Of a stretch of 59,006 bases of DNA, positions 17,592 to 26,905 are shown in pieces (the stretch's first letter is position 1; each line of letters opens with the position of its first letter). The notes beneath the pieces are model-generated. The model was not told the DNA's origin and searched no databases. It saw only the letters and a program-made list of their open reading frames with translations. Source of the stretch: Solirubrobacteraceae bacterium (GTDB lineage: Bacteria; Actinomycetota; Thermoleophilia; Solirubrobacterales; Solirubrobacteraceae); NCBI GenBank assembly GCA_034665165.1, contig JAXDGF010000035.1, positions 1 through 59,006 of the forward strand, given 5' to 3'. Both the position numbers and the translations under genes were made by a program.

Positions 17592-18491
17592 CTAACTCCC
17601 GCCCAGCCCGGCCGCGCGACCCCGGGCCACCACCTGCGTCGCCTGCTTGCGCATCGCCTCGTCGATCATCTGGCCGTCGAGCAGGACCGCGCCGCGACCG
17701 TCGGCCCGCTCGGCCCGCTCGAGCTCGTCGAGGACAGCGGAGGCCTGGTCGAACTCGGCCGTGGTGGGCGAGAAGACCTCGTTCACGGGCGCGATCTGGG
17801 ACGGATGGAGGGCCCATTTCCCGTCGTAGCCGAGGCTCCGGGCTCGCTCTGCTCGCAGCTGCAGGCCGTCGATGTCGGCGATCTCGAAGTACGGCCCGTC
17901 GATGGCCTGCGCGCCCGCGTCGCGCGCCGCAACCAGCACCGTCTGCAGCACCCAGTGCCACCCGTCCGCGGGCTCTTCGCCCGCTTCCCGGATCGGGTGA
18001 CCGAGCGATGCGGCGAGGTCGGCATACCCGACGATGAGGGCCTCCACCCGCTCGCTCGCGCGGGCGCTCTCATGAATCCCGGTCAGGCCCGCGGCGGTCT
18101 CGATCAGGAGCTCGAGCCCGACCGGTTCCGCGCGCCCGCACTCCTCCTCGACCATGCCCGCGAGCCGGGCGACGAACTCGACGTCGGCGCGTGCCTCGAC
18201 CTTGGGAATGACGAGTGCCGCGAGCCGCTCACCTGCGCTCTCGATCAGCTCCACCACGTCGCGGTGGCACCATCGGCTCGTGGTGGCGTTGATCCGCACC
18301 GCCACCGTGGGCGCGCGCCAGTCGCCCGCGCGGAGCGCCGCGCACACCTGCTCGCGCGCGTGTGACTTGGCGTCCGCGGGGACCGAGTCCTCGAGGTCGA
18401 TGATGATCTCGTCGGCCTCGAGGGTGCGGGCCTTTTCGAGCATCTTCTCGGACACGCCGGGCACGGAGAGGCAGGAGCGCCGAGCACGCAT
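17592..18491 (-). CDS. CitE/Mcl-family CoA-ester lyase (malyl-CoA/beta-methylmalyl-CoA/citramalyl-CoA lyase-like)
   Basis: RRSCLSVPG, IDLEDSV, VRIN, IPKV, LIETAAG, GYADLAAS, GYDGKWALHPSQI, GQMID. Confidence 0.88.
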   Translation of the reverse strand: MRARRSCLSVPGVSEKMLEKARTLEADEIIIDLEDSVPADAKSHAREQVCAALRAGDWRAPTVAVRINATTSRWCHRDVVELIESAGERLAALVIPKVEARADVEFVARLAGMVEEECGRAEPVGLELLIETAAGLTGIHESARASERVEALIVGYADLAASLGHPIREAGEEPADGWHWVLQTVLVAARDAGAQAIDGPYFEIADIDGLQLRAERARSLGYDGKWALHPSQIAPVNEVFSPTTAEFDQASAVLDELERAERADGRGAVLLDGQMIDEAMRKQATQVVARGRAAGLGGS

Positions 18492-18605
18492 TCGCCTGAT
18501 CATATAGAGCCAACATGCAGCGACAACCGGACTGCAAGGGATTCGGCTAATCTGCCGCAGGCGGCTCGCCCAGCCGCCCGCAGCCAATCGCGAACAGGGA
18601 GATCC

Positions 18606-19631
18606 ATGCTGCAAGCGCCGGAGCGAATTCGGGTCGGGGGCCCCTACTTCGAGGATTTCGTGCCGGGGCAGGTGTTCGACGACGCACCGGCACTGACGCT
18701 CACGCCCGGTCACGGCGCCCTGCACCAGGCGCTCACCGGCGACCGCATGCGCCTCGCCCTGGACGGCGAGCTGAGCCGATCGGTCACCGGTCGCGAAGGA
18801 CAGCTCGCGCATCCCAACCTGGTGTGCGACGTCGCCATCGGCCAGTCGACGGGACCGACCCAGCGCGTGCTCGGCAACCTTTTCTACCGCGGCCTCGTGC
18901 TCCTGCGTCCCGTGTTCCTCGGCGACACCTTGCGTACGACGACCCAGGTCGTCGGCCTGCGGCAGAACCGGGCGCGCGAGGGCCGGCCTGGATCTGGCCT
19001 CGTCGTGCTGCGGATCAAGACGGTCAACCAGCACGGCGAACCGGTGCTCGACTTCTGGCGCTGCCCCATGATCCCCATGCGCTCCTCGGAGGCGCAGACG
19101 GGCCACGCCGACAGCTTCGACAACATTCCCCAGGACCTCGACATGAGTGAGGTCCGCGCCGCCGTCCCCGGAGACTGGCACCTCGACCGAGTCCGCGAGC
19201 AGTTCGCGGGCGACCACTTCGCCGACCTCGTGGAGGGAACCGTGTGGGAGGTGGAGGGCCGCGATACGGTCACGGCAGCACCGGAGCTCGTGCGCCTCAC
19301 CCTCAACCTCGCTTACGCCCACTCCGACGCCGGTGCCAGCGCCCGCGGCCGCCGGCTCGTGTACGGCGGGCACACCATCTCCCTCGCCGCCGCCCACGCC
19401 ACCCGCGCCCTGCCCAACCTGGCCACGATCATCGCCTGGCACGGGTGCGACCACCTCGCCCCCGTGTTCGAAGGCGACATCCTCGGCACCGAGCTGACGC
19501 TCGAGGGCACGCATCCCCTCACCGACGGCGGGCTCCTCGACCTGCACGCGATCGTCTTCGCCGACCGCGCCGACGGTAGCGCCGAGCACGAGCCCGTCCT
19601 CGACTGGCGCTTTGTGGGGCTGATGGCATGA
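18606..19631 (+). CDS. Double hot-dog MaoC-family hydratase, mesaconyl-C1-CoA hydratase (Mch)-like
   Basis: GPYFEDF, PVFLGDTL, VYGGHTIS, HLAPVFEGD, VLDWRF. Two MaoC domains, next to an mct-like gene. Confidence 0.75.
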   Translation: MLQAPERIRVGGPYFEDFVPGQVFDDAPALTLTPGHGALHQALTGDRMRLALDGELSRSVTGREGQLAHPNLVCDVAIGQSTGPTQRVLGNLFYRGLVLLRPVFLGDTLRTTTQVVGLRQNRAREGRPGSGLVVLRIKTVNQHGEPVLDFWRCPMIPMRSSEAQTGHADSFDNIPQDLDMSEVRAAVPGDWHLDRVREQFAGDHFADLVEGTVWEVEGRDTVTAAPELVRLTLNLAYAHSDAGASARGRRLVYGGHTISLAAAHATRALPNLATIIAWHGCDHLAPVFEGDILGTELTLEGTHPLTDGGLLDLHAIVFADRADGSAEHEPVLDWRFVGLMA

Positions 19632-20854
19632 CCGGCATCCTCGAAGGCATGCGCGTGATCGAGGGCTCGGCCTTCGTCGCCGCCCCCCTCGGCGGGATGA
19701 CGCTCGCCCAGCTCGGCGCCGACGTGATCCGCTTCGATCCGATCGGCGGCGGGCTCGACTACAGCCGGTGGCCGATCACCGACGAGGGCAAGAGCCTGTT
19801 CTGGGCCGGGCTGAACAAGGGCAAGCGCTCGATCCAGATCGATCTCGGCACCGGGCGCGGGCGCGAGCTCATCGCCGAGCTCGTCACCGCCCCCGGTCCC
19901 GACGCGGGGCTCTTCCTCACCAACTTCCCGCTCCGGGGCTGGCTCGACTACAGCTCCCTCGCCGCCCGGCGCCCCGACCTCATCACCGTGAACATCACCG
20001 GTAACCACGACGGCTCCTCCGCCGTGGACTACACCGTCAATCCCGCCACCGGCTTCCCGTGGGCGACCGGTCCCCGCCACGTCGCCGTGCCCTTCAACCA
20101 CCTGCTGCCGGCGTGGGACGCGATCACGGGCACCCTCGCCGCCACCGGGCTCCTGGCCGCCGAGCGCCACCGCCGGCTCACCGGGACCGGGCAGGTGGTG
20201 AAGGTCGCGCTCTCGGACGTCGCCCTCGCCATGGTCGGCAACCTCGGCAAGATCGCCGAGGCGCAGATCAACCAGCGCGAGCGCCCCAAGGACGGAAACT
20301 ACCTGTACGGCGCTTTCGGCCGCGACTTCACGACCAAGGAGGGGCGGCGGATCATGGTTGTGGCTCTGACCCTGCGCCAGTGGCAGAACCTGGTCAAGGC
20401 GACGGGACTGGCGGAAGCGTTCACCAACTGCGAGAAGATGCTCGGCGTCGACCTGACCAAGGAGGGCGACCGCTTCGAGGCGCGCGAGGTGATCGGGGCG
20501 ATCCTCAAGCCGTGGACGATCGCGCGCACGCTCGAGGAGATCCGCACCATCTTCGACGCCCACGACGTGTCCTGGGGCCCGTACTGGACGTTCATGGAGC
20601 TCGTCGAGAACGACGAGCGCTGCTCGCCCGCCAACCCCATGTTCGAGGAGGTCGAGCAGCCCGGCATCGGCACTTACCTGATGCCCGGCAGCCCGCTGAA
20701 CTTCGCGACCAACGAGCGTCTTCCGCCACGCCGCGCGCCCCTGCTGGGTGAGCACACCGACGAAGTCCTGGCCGACGTCCTCGGCCTCACCGGTGCCGAG
20801 ATCGGCCGTCTCTACGACGACGGCATCGTCGGCGGTCCGGTGTCGGTGAGCTGA
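19628..20854 (+). CDS. mct: Mesaconyl-CoA C1-C4 CoA-transferase (2-methylfumaryl-CoA isomerase), CaiB/BaiF family III
   Basis: EGSAFVAAPLGGMTLAQLGADVIRFDPIGGGLDY.RWP, SLFWAGLNKGKRS, NH.LPAWD, GNYLYGAFGRDF and EQPGIG.YLMPGSPL, all closely matching the Chloroflexus Mct sequence as I recall it. Confidence 0.85.
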   Translation: MTGILEGMRVIEGSAFVAAPLGGMTLAQLGADVIRFDPIGGGLDYSRWPITDEGKSLFWAGLNKGKRSIQIDLGTGRGRELIAELVTAPGPDAGLFLTNFPLRGWLDYSSLAARRPDLITVNITGNHDGSSAVDYTVNPATGFPWATGPRHVAVPFNHLLPAWDAITGTLAATGLLAAERHRRLTGTGQVVKVALSDVALAMVGNLGKIAEAQINQRERPKDGNYLYGAFGRDFTTKEGRRIMVVALTLRQWQNLVKATGLAEAFTNCEKMLGVDLTKEGDRFEAREVIGAILKPWTIARTLEEIRTIFDAHDVSWGPYWTFMELVENDERCSPANPMFEEVEQPGIGTYLMPGSPLNFATNERLPPRRAPLLGEHTDEVLADVLGLTGAEIGRLYDDGIVGGPVSVS

Positions 20855-20867
20855 CGGCGCGAAGGCG

Positions 20868-21725
20868 CTACGGCGTCGCGCCCATCGAGTGCGTCGCGCC
20901 CATCGAGTGCATGACACCCTGACCGCCGCTCGGGACCACGAGTCCCGGGACATCATGCGGTGCTGCGATCAGCGCAACCGCGAGCAGGATGAGCACGGTC
21001 GAGGTGCCCCAGGTCGCCGCCCGGCGCCACGGGACCGTCTTCTCGAGCGCGATGAGCCCGGCGACGAGCGCCATCCAGGTGACGCTCATGACCCCGAGGG
21101 CGAAGAGCCCGGCCATCAGCGCCCAGCAGCAGCCCAGGCACCATGCGGCGTGCTTCGACCCCATCTCGAGGGCGCCGCGATTCCCATCGCGCCAGGCTCC
21201 CAGTAGGAAGCCGAGCGGGCTCCGACATTTTCCGAGGCACCTGTCCTTCAGCGGCGTGAGCTCATAGATGGCCGCCACGACCAGGACGCCGCCGGCGAAC
21301 CAGCGCCCGCCTGCGTGCCAGGCGAGATCACCGCCGAAGACGGTTCTGCCGAGCCGGAACAAAGCGTAGGCGACGAGTCCCGCCGCACCCCACACCAAGA
21401 GATAGGCGGCAGCGAAGACGAGCGGGCGGCTCCAGCCGCGCGCCCGCGTCATCCGGGCATAGAGGGCCGTCGTCGGCGCCAAGGAGGGGAACATCATCGC
21501 CGCCATCATCACCACCCACACACCCAGGAACCAGCCGAGCGCACCGAGATCCGTGCCGGGACCGGCGTCCATCCCGGCCATGCGGTCGACCGTCGACCAC
21601 CAGGCCACACCGGCCAAGGCAAACAGCAGCAGCACGAGCCCGACCCGTGCGCGCACCGCAGCGAACGACGCGGTCAGCTCGCGCTGCTTCTCGCGCCCGT
21701 CCGTCAGCGCGACCGTGCCGCTCAC
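20868..21725 (-). CDS. DUF2182 family predicted metal-binding integral membrane protein
   Basis: WVVMMAAMMFPS, YELTPLKDRCLGKCRSP, CLGCCWALM, LGVM, EK. GTG start overlaps the upstream stop (GTGA). Confidence 0.88.
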   Translation of the reverse strand: MSGTVALTDGREKQRELTASFAAVRARVGLVLLLFALAGVAWWSTVDRMAGMDAGPGTDLGALGWFLGVWVVMMAAMMFPSLAPTTALYARMTRARGWSRPLVFAAAYLLVWGAAGLVAYALFRLGRTVFGGDLAWHAGGRWFAGGVLVVAAIYELTPLKDRCLGKCRSPLGFLLGAWRDGNRGALEMGSKHAAWCLGCCWALMAGLFALGVMSVTWMALVAGLIALEKTVPWRRAATWGTSTVLILLAVALIAAPHDVPGLVVPSGGQGVMHSMGATHSMGATP

Positions 21726-22324
21726 GCCGCCCATGCGAACTTCGACGCCGAGAAAGCCGAGTTCCCGTCGTATTGAATACCGAACGCATCGATCTTCGAG
21801 CGCGTCGCGTGGGCGACCGTGAGCTCGGGACCGGCCGGGTGGAAGATACCTGTCAAGCGGACAGGTTCACCCGTCTCGGACCCGAACGACACGACGTCCT
21901 CCACCTCGAAGTCGATCGCGTCCCCGATCCGAACCGAGTGACGCAAGCCGTCCTCGCTGACCTCGATCGGCGCCCGCTCCACGCCGAGGTTCTCACCGAT
22001 GAGCCCGCCCAAGGCCGCCATCGGTCCGCCGAGCGCGCCCGAGAACACGCCACCGAGCTTCTCCGCCTGGTCATCGGACGCCGCGGCGTCGATGAAGACC
22101 CCCAGCCGCCAGTTCCCCTCACTCATGACCTTCGGAGTGTCTGCGACCGCAGCGACCGTCAGGCCGCCGACATCGGTGCCCTCGATCTCACCGTGCTTGA
22201 TGTGGAAGACAAGTGTGACTTTGCAGCGATCACCCGTAGCTCCGAGCGCCAGCGACGATGTGCACGGACACACGAGATCGCACGAACAAGTCTCGAAGTA
22301 GGACCCCTCTACGTTCCAGGACAT
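21722..22324 (-). CDS. DUF1326 domain protein
   Basis: MSWNVEGSYFETCSCDLVCPC...C, GNW, IDAAASDDQ, FSGALGGP. Confidence 0.88.
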   Translation of the reverse strand: MSWNVEGSYFETCSCDLVCPCTSSLALGATGDRCKVTLVFHIKHGEIEGTDVGGLTVAAVADTPKVMSEGNWRLGVFIDAAASDDQAEKLGGVFSGALGGPMAALGGLIGENLGVERAPIEVSEDGLRHSVRIGDAIDFEVEDVVSFGSETGEPVRLTGIFHPAGPELTVAHATRSKIDAFGIQYDGNSAFSASKFAWAA

Positions 22325-22429
22325 TGATCCCCCTGTCTTGAGATGGAGGACGATTATCTGTGCGGCGTGCGCTTCCGTCAACCGCCGTATCCTTCTGAAC
22401 ACGGGCAAAACGGGCAGAAGGGAGTGCAG

Positions 22430-22555
22430 ATGAGCATCGTCAAGCCGGTGGTCCACCCCGCGGCGCGGCCAGTGAAGCTGCTCCGCAGCGTCGTGCGCAC
22501 CGTCACGCAGCCGCTCAGATCCAACCGTGAGCGTCGATCCGGGCGGCGGAGGTAA
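22430..22555 (+). CDS. Putative 41-aa basic small protein
   Basis: GGAG RBS, then MSIVKPVVHPAARPVKLLRSVVRTVTQPLRSNRERRSGRRR*. Confidence 0.45.
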   Translation: MSIVKPVVHPAARPVKLLRSVVRTVTQPLRSNRERRSGRRR

Positions 22556-22582
22556 GAGATAGGACCGAGGTGGGAGCTCGAG

Positions 22583-22714
22583 TTACGCTTCGTGGGGCCC
22601 ACGAGTGTGTACGCGTTCATGCGGAACGTCGGCGTGGCCAACGACCACATCCACGGCTGCTTCAGATCCACCGACTACACCCAACCTCCAACCCGCGCCC
22701 GCCGGGCGGCTTGA
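22583..22714 (+). pseudogene. tag: 3'-terminal remnant of DNA-3-methyladenine glycosylase I
   Basis: Translates LRFVGPTSVYAFMRNVGVANDHIHGCFR, matching the Tag C-terminal F.FVGPT..YAFMQA.G.VNDH...C motif. No 5' part or start. Confidence 0.8.
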
Positions 22715-22742
22715 CCCGCGACCCATAAGGAGAAATCGCCAG

Positions 22743-23093
22743 ATGCCAGAACAACTGGTTGGAACCGTTGAGGAGCTTGGACCTGGATCGGTCCGCGGAA
22801 TCGGAGATTGGGCGGTGCTCAACGTCAACGGTGAGCGCTACGCCGTCTCACGGCGCTGCCGACATCTGCGCGCCGATCTCGCGAACGGCAAGATCGACGA
22901 TGACGGTTGCCTCGTCTGCCCGTGGCACCAATCCCGTTATGACCCTACAACCGGCCGCATGGTCGTCGGGCCGCAGGCCGGATTCGAGAAGGTGCCGGGG
23001 CTCGACACGGCGTTCATCCAGCTAACGAAGCTCTGGCCGCTCCGTCGCGCTGGGGTCGTCGAGCGCGGCGGCAAGGTCTACGTGCGCGACTGA
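22743..23093 (+). CDS. Rieske [2Fe-2S] ferredoxin
   Basis: CRH...CPWH Rieske ligands; AGGAG RBS. Confidence 0.9.
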   Translation: MPEQLVGTVEELGPGSVRGIGDWAVLNVNGERYAVSRRCRHLRADLANGKIDDDGCLVCPWHQSRYDPTTGRMVVGPQAGFEKVPGLDTAFIQLTKLWPLRRAGVVERGGKVYVRD

Positions 23094-23488
23094 ATCCGCG
23101 CTCAGAAGATCCAAGCGCAGTTCCAAGCTCAAGCTGAACCGTGATCGAGCACGTGCCTGACCGGACGCTGCGACGACCTGTGTCGACCTGTCGGAAGGAA
23201 GCGGCTTTCGCCCCGCTCGGGACAGCGGGGCGGGGACGCCGCTCCGCGAATGGTGCGCAGGGTTATCTACCGCGGGACGATCTTGTACGAGAACGTAATG
23301 AAGTTCACCGTCATCGCCCGACTCAAACTGCGCGTGGCGAAATAAGCAACCAGCTCGAAGAGTCATGCGACCAGATGACCGCTTTTGCCGTCGGCGATCT
23401 CGGCGAAGGAGCGACCAGCGGATCTGGCGGCCGCACTGGCGCCTCGGCTCAGTCGAAGCCAGATCGGGTCATCGAGTGAGCAGCCGGG

Positions 23489-24319
23489 TCATGCCGTGTG
23501 GGCTATGTCGAGTGCCATCACGGTTCCCTTGGTTGTGAATAGGATCGTGTCGGGCGGGCCGAGCGACAGCGCGGAGCTGATTCGTTGCGTAACGGTCGCC
23601 TGCTGTTCGATCGATCCGTCGCGATCGATCAGATGCACTCGTCCATAGCGTCTCGACTCGATGCGTTCGGGAAGGCAGCCGATCTCCGTCCAGTCTCGGT
23701 CTTCGTCCAGCGCGAGGCCGAGGATGCGGCGCCCGTCGCAGCAGAAGAGGTGGCTTCGATCGGCCGTGATCATCTGGTCGTCAACGTCGACCTCGCGCTT
23801 GGGGAACGGCAGTGTGCGTTCTGGGATACCGGTGATCGGATCGATGATCTCGACCTGGCTCGGGTGTACGACCGCGATGCCGTAGTCAGTGAGGATCGGC
23901 AGCCCGGTGGTCGGCTGTCGGACGTGCTGCCGCCAGACATCCGATCCGTCGATGCGTGAGACGCAGCGGCGATCGGTGTAGCCACGCCAGCCTCCAACGA
24001 GCGCAGTCGTGTCGTCGAGCGGGAGGAGCGCACCCCAGTACAGGCCCGGCTCTTGGAACTGGCGGCACCATCGAGGCTGCCCGTCAGTGACCTCGATGCA
24101 CTGCAGCTGTCCAGACTTGTTGAGATACACGGCGGCGTGACCCGCGACGCACAGCCAGCCCCAAGCTGTGCCAACGTCGCAGACCCATGTCAAATCGCCG
24201 GTGGAAGGTTCGAGCCGAGCCAGCTTGGACTCTCGTTCGGGCACAAGGACTCGATCAGCCGACAGGACGGTCCACTCGTTCGGCGCGTGATGTAGATCTC
24301 GCTCCCAGCGAACGCGCAT
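23489..24319 (-). CDS. PQQ-like beta-propeller repeat protein (BamB-like), possibly degenerate
   Basis: Repeated TG...W motifs (STGDLTW, TDGQPRW, IDGSDVW, ITG). Start uncertain. Confidence 0.55.
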   Translation of the reverse strand: MRVRWERDLHHAPNEWTVLSADRVLVPERESKLARLEPSTGDLTWVCDVGTAWGWLCVAGHAAVYLNKSGQLQCIEVTDGQPRWCRQFQEPGLYWGALLPLDDTTALVGGWRGYTDRRCVSRIDGSDVWRQHVRQPTTGLPILTDYGIAVVHPSQVEIIDPITGIPERTLPFPKREVDVDDQMITADRSHLFCCDGRRILGLALDEDRDWTEIGCLPERIESRRYGRVHLIDRDGSIEQQATVTQRISSALSLGPPDTILFTTKGTVMALDIAHTA

Positions 24320-24611
24320 GGCAACAGTCTGCCCCCCACGGCGCGCGTGAGGCATGTTCGCGGTCTCCTGGCTGGCCTGACAGCCCGAAAGCTGGCGAAG
24401 CGGGCTCACGAACAGATCTGCAGGATCCGGGTCCCTCGCTGCAAGAGCGCACCGGCGGCTGCCGGCGGCCGGCGATCGGTTTTATCGTCCTGCCGCCTGG
24501 CGGCGCGCCATCGCAATGGCGACGGACCGCGCGTCAGGAGCCCCTGGGGCCTCGCCGTTGGCCACGCGCTTGATCGCGGGTCGCAGGACACCCCGCCACC
24601 CGCAGTGGCCG

Positions 24612-25514
24612 TTAGCCCATTCGCCCCTTGAGCAATGCGACGACCTCGTCGTGTCCAGACGTTCGCGCGGAGTCGAGCGGTGTCTGTCCTTCTTGGGTCA
24701 CGAATGGGTCGGCGCCAGCGTCGAGCAGGAGCTTCACCAGCTCGAGGTTACCCTCCTCGGCGGCAACCATTAGCGGCGTGGTGTCGGGATCGCCGCCATC
24801 CGGTAGCGCACCCAGTTGCAGCAGACGTCGAACGATCTCGATATGGCCGAAAGTAGCGGCCGATGCAAGGGCGGTGTCCGGACCTGGGGCGTCGCACACG
24901 GCGTGGATGTCGGCGCCGGCGGCGAGCAGCATCTCGACGATCTCTGTGCTTCCGTGAGCCGCCGCTCTCATCAATGGCGTATTCCCTGCACTTCCGGCAT
25001 CGACGTCCGCTCCCGCGTCGAGCAGGCTCCTAACAATCGGCGCAGTGCTCGCATCGCACGCTGCCTCTAACGCGCTGTAGCCGTCCTCGTCAGCGGAGTC
25101 TGGGTCGACGCCGTCCTCAAGGAGTTGGGCCGTGCTTTGCGCGTCACCGACCCGCGCAGCCCTCACCAACGGTGGCATCGACGCTAGCCACGGATCCCCG
25201 CGGTCTTGCCTGGTTGCGCATCGGGGGTGCAGCACGGTGACCTCCCCGCCCCAATCCTCGTGCCCGAGGTCCATGTGGCGGTCGATCTCGAACAGCAGGA
25301 GGTGCGCGTGCGCGAATTCCTCGTCGTCCGCGTCGATCTCGTCGGCGGCGTAGTGGAGGAAGCGGCCGAGACGGCACAGCTCAGCGCTGGTCCCCGCGAT
25401 CACCACCTCACGAAGTGTCCGCCGCGCGTCCTCATCATCGTCGAGCGGGGTCCCGGAGAGTTCCACGACCGTGATTATCGGCCTATTGAGTTGAGCCGTC
25501 GCTGCCAGTCGCAC
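24612..25514 (-). CDS. Ankyrin-repeat protein with an N-terminal immunity-like (Imm32-like) domain
   Basis: At least five ankyrin repeats (TPLMRAAAHG, TALASAATFG, TPLMVAAEEG). N-terminus LREVVIAGTSAELCRLGRFL..AADEI...FAHAHL. Start uncertain. Confidence 0.75.
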   Translation of the reverse strand: MRLAATAQLNRPIITVVELSGTPLDDDEDARRTLREVVIAGTSAELCRLGRFLHYAADEIDADDEEFAHAHLLLFEIDRHMDLGHEDWGGEVTVLHPRCATRQDRGDPWLASMPPLVRAARVGDAQSTAQLLEDGVDPDSADEDGYSALEAACDASTAPIVRSLLDAGADVDAGSAGNTPLMRAAAHGSTEIVEMLLAAGADIHAVCDAPGPDTALASAATFGHIEIVRRLLQLGALPDGGDPDTTPLMVAAEEGNLELVKLLLDAGADPFVTQEGQTPLDSARTSGHDEVVALLKGRMG

Positions 25515-26257
25515 CGAAACTCCTGACGCGGTGGGCTACGCGACGCGTCTACAGATCGGCTGCAGGCCGTCGCTTCGATCGCGAGCGCCCGGGCACCCAA
25601 GCGCGGTAGCACGGGACAGAGTGCGAGACACGGCGGTCGTCCGGGGCGGTACAGCGCTTGAGCCAGGACCACGCGGCAAAGCCCGGTCCTGTCTTGGAGG
25701 TGCGGACGACTCCTTTCGTCCCGCTCCCAGCAGACAGCCGAACAGCGCTTCGGCGACCAAGCACGCGCCCAGGTCCCTCGGGATCGACGCCGCGGCTAAC
25801 GATCGCCTCCGCCCAATCCCGTGCGCACCAGTCGCCGAAAGCATGGCTCGCGCAGCGGGGTGCAGAATCGCCGATCTGCTTAGGTAACGGCGCCGAGCGA
25901 GGCTACGGTCCGCGGGCTCCCCAGCGGCAGCCTGCTGCCCGGTAACGCGCAGCTGCTTGACGCCTGAAGCGGCGACCGGACGGCGGCGGGTGACGTGTCT
26001 GCTCCATCACGGATGGAGCAGTCCGCCGTGGTGGCCGGCGGCCCGTCGCAACTCGTCCGCTTCGACACTGAGGTCGGCGTCGCAGCTGGCTTCCGGAACC
26101 TCCCGGAAATCAGCAGTCTCGGCGGCCTCAGCGACGACGCTACTGCGATGGCTCAGACGAGTGCGGGGTCGGGTGGCGGCGGTTGATGCTCGATCCAGTA
26201 GTCGGGCAGGGCTCGTTACGATGCAGTCTCCACATCCACGACCGAGGGGGATTCCTC

Positions 26258-26905
26258 ATGGGGCGTTTGTCTGGTTCGACGGCGATACTCGGCGTCGCCG
26301 GCTTGCTGATCGTTGGCGGTGGCGGCTACGCGCTGGCCGCCTCTGCGGGTGGCAGCACGATCACTGTGTGTGTCACGCGCAGCGGTGGCACGCTGTACAG
26401 GGCGCGAAAATGTGCCAAGCACGACCACAAGCTCAGCTGGAACGCGCAGGGGCGACAGGGATCCCAGGGGCCGCAGGGATCCCAAGGGCCGCAGGGATCC
26501 CAAGGGCCGCAGGGGATCCAGGGCATCCAGGGTCCCCGGGGCATTTCAACCGTGTACATGAAGCACGGTAGCGACCAGACCCTGACCGCGGACAACACAA
26601 CCCGGCCGCTGGTAACAATGAGCGTGCCGGCGGGCACCTACGAGGTTCGGTTCACGCTCGAGGCCACCGCGAGCGCAGAATCCTTCGTCGGATGCTCGAT
26701 CACAGGCGGGACGACCGAGGAGGGCACCGGCCTGGCGCAGGTCCAACCGTCGGGGGCCGGCAACTACGCGTCGACGATCCACGTTGACGATGTCGTCCAA
26801 GGCGTCAGCTCGATTAGCGGGGCGTGCCGCAACCTCTATGGTCAAGCGAACGTCTACGGCGTCACTCTGATCGCGATCCCGATCGTCGACCTGCACGTGC
26901 AGTAG
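26258..26905 (+). CDS. Secreted collagen-like (G-X-Y) surface protein
   Basis: Signal/TM N-terminus, ITVCV...KC...LSWNAQG, 11 G-X-Y triplets, beta-rich C-terminal domain. GAGGGGG RBS. Confidence 0.8.
   Translation: MGRLSGSTAILGVAGLLIVGGGGYALAASAGGSTITVCVTRSGGTLYRARKCAKHDHKLSWNAQGRQGSQGPQGSQGPQGSQGPQGIQGIQGPRGISTVYMKHGSDQTLTADNTTRPLVTMSVPAGTYEVRFTLEATASAESFVGCSITGGTTEEGTGLAQVQPSGAGNYASTIHVDDVVQGVSSISGACRNLYGQANVYGVTLIAIPIVDLHVQ

Noticed and set aside
17592-19589. 665-aa ORF, and similarly extended starts for 493-1800, 8705-9889, 10608-11831, 44191-45495, 46597-48546 and 47972-50338
   Set aside because: The N-terminal extensions overlap other real genes; homology and RBS position support the shorter starts used here.
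17592-20854. Evidence for autotrophy via the full 3-hydroxypropionate bi-cycle
   Set aside because: The key enzymes malonyl-CoA reductase and propionyl-CoA synthase are not in the window, and partial clusters occur in heterotrophs.
23209-23232. Intrinsic terminator (CGCCCCGCT/AGCGGGGCG stem)
   Set aside because: Good 9-bp stem, but no downstream U-tract on either strand, so no function was assigned.
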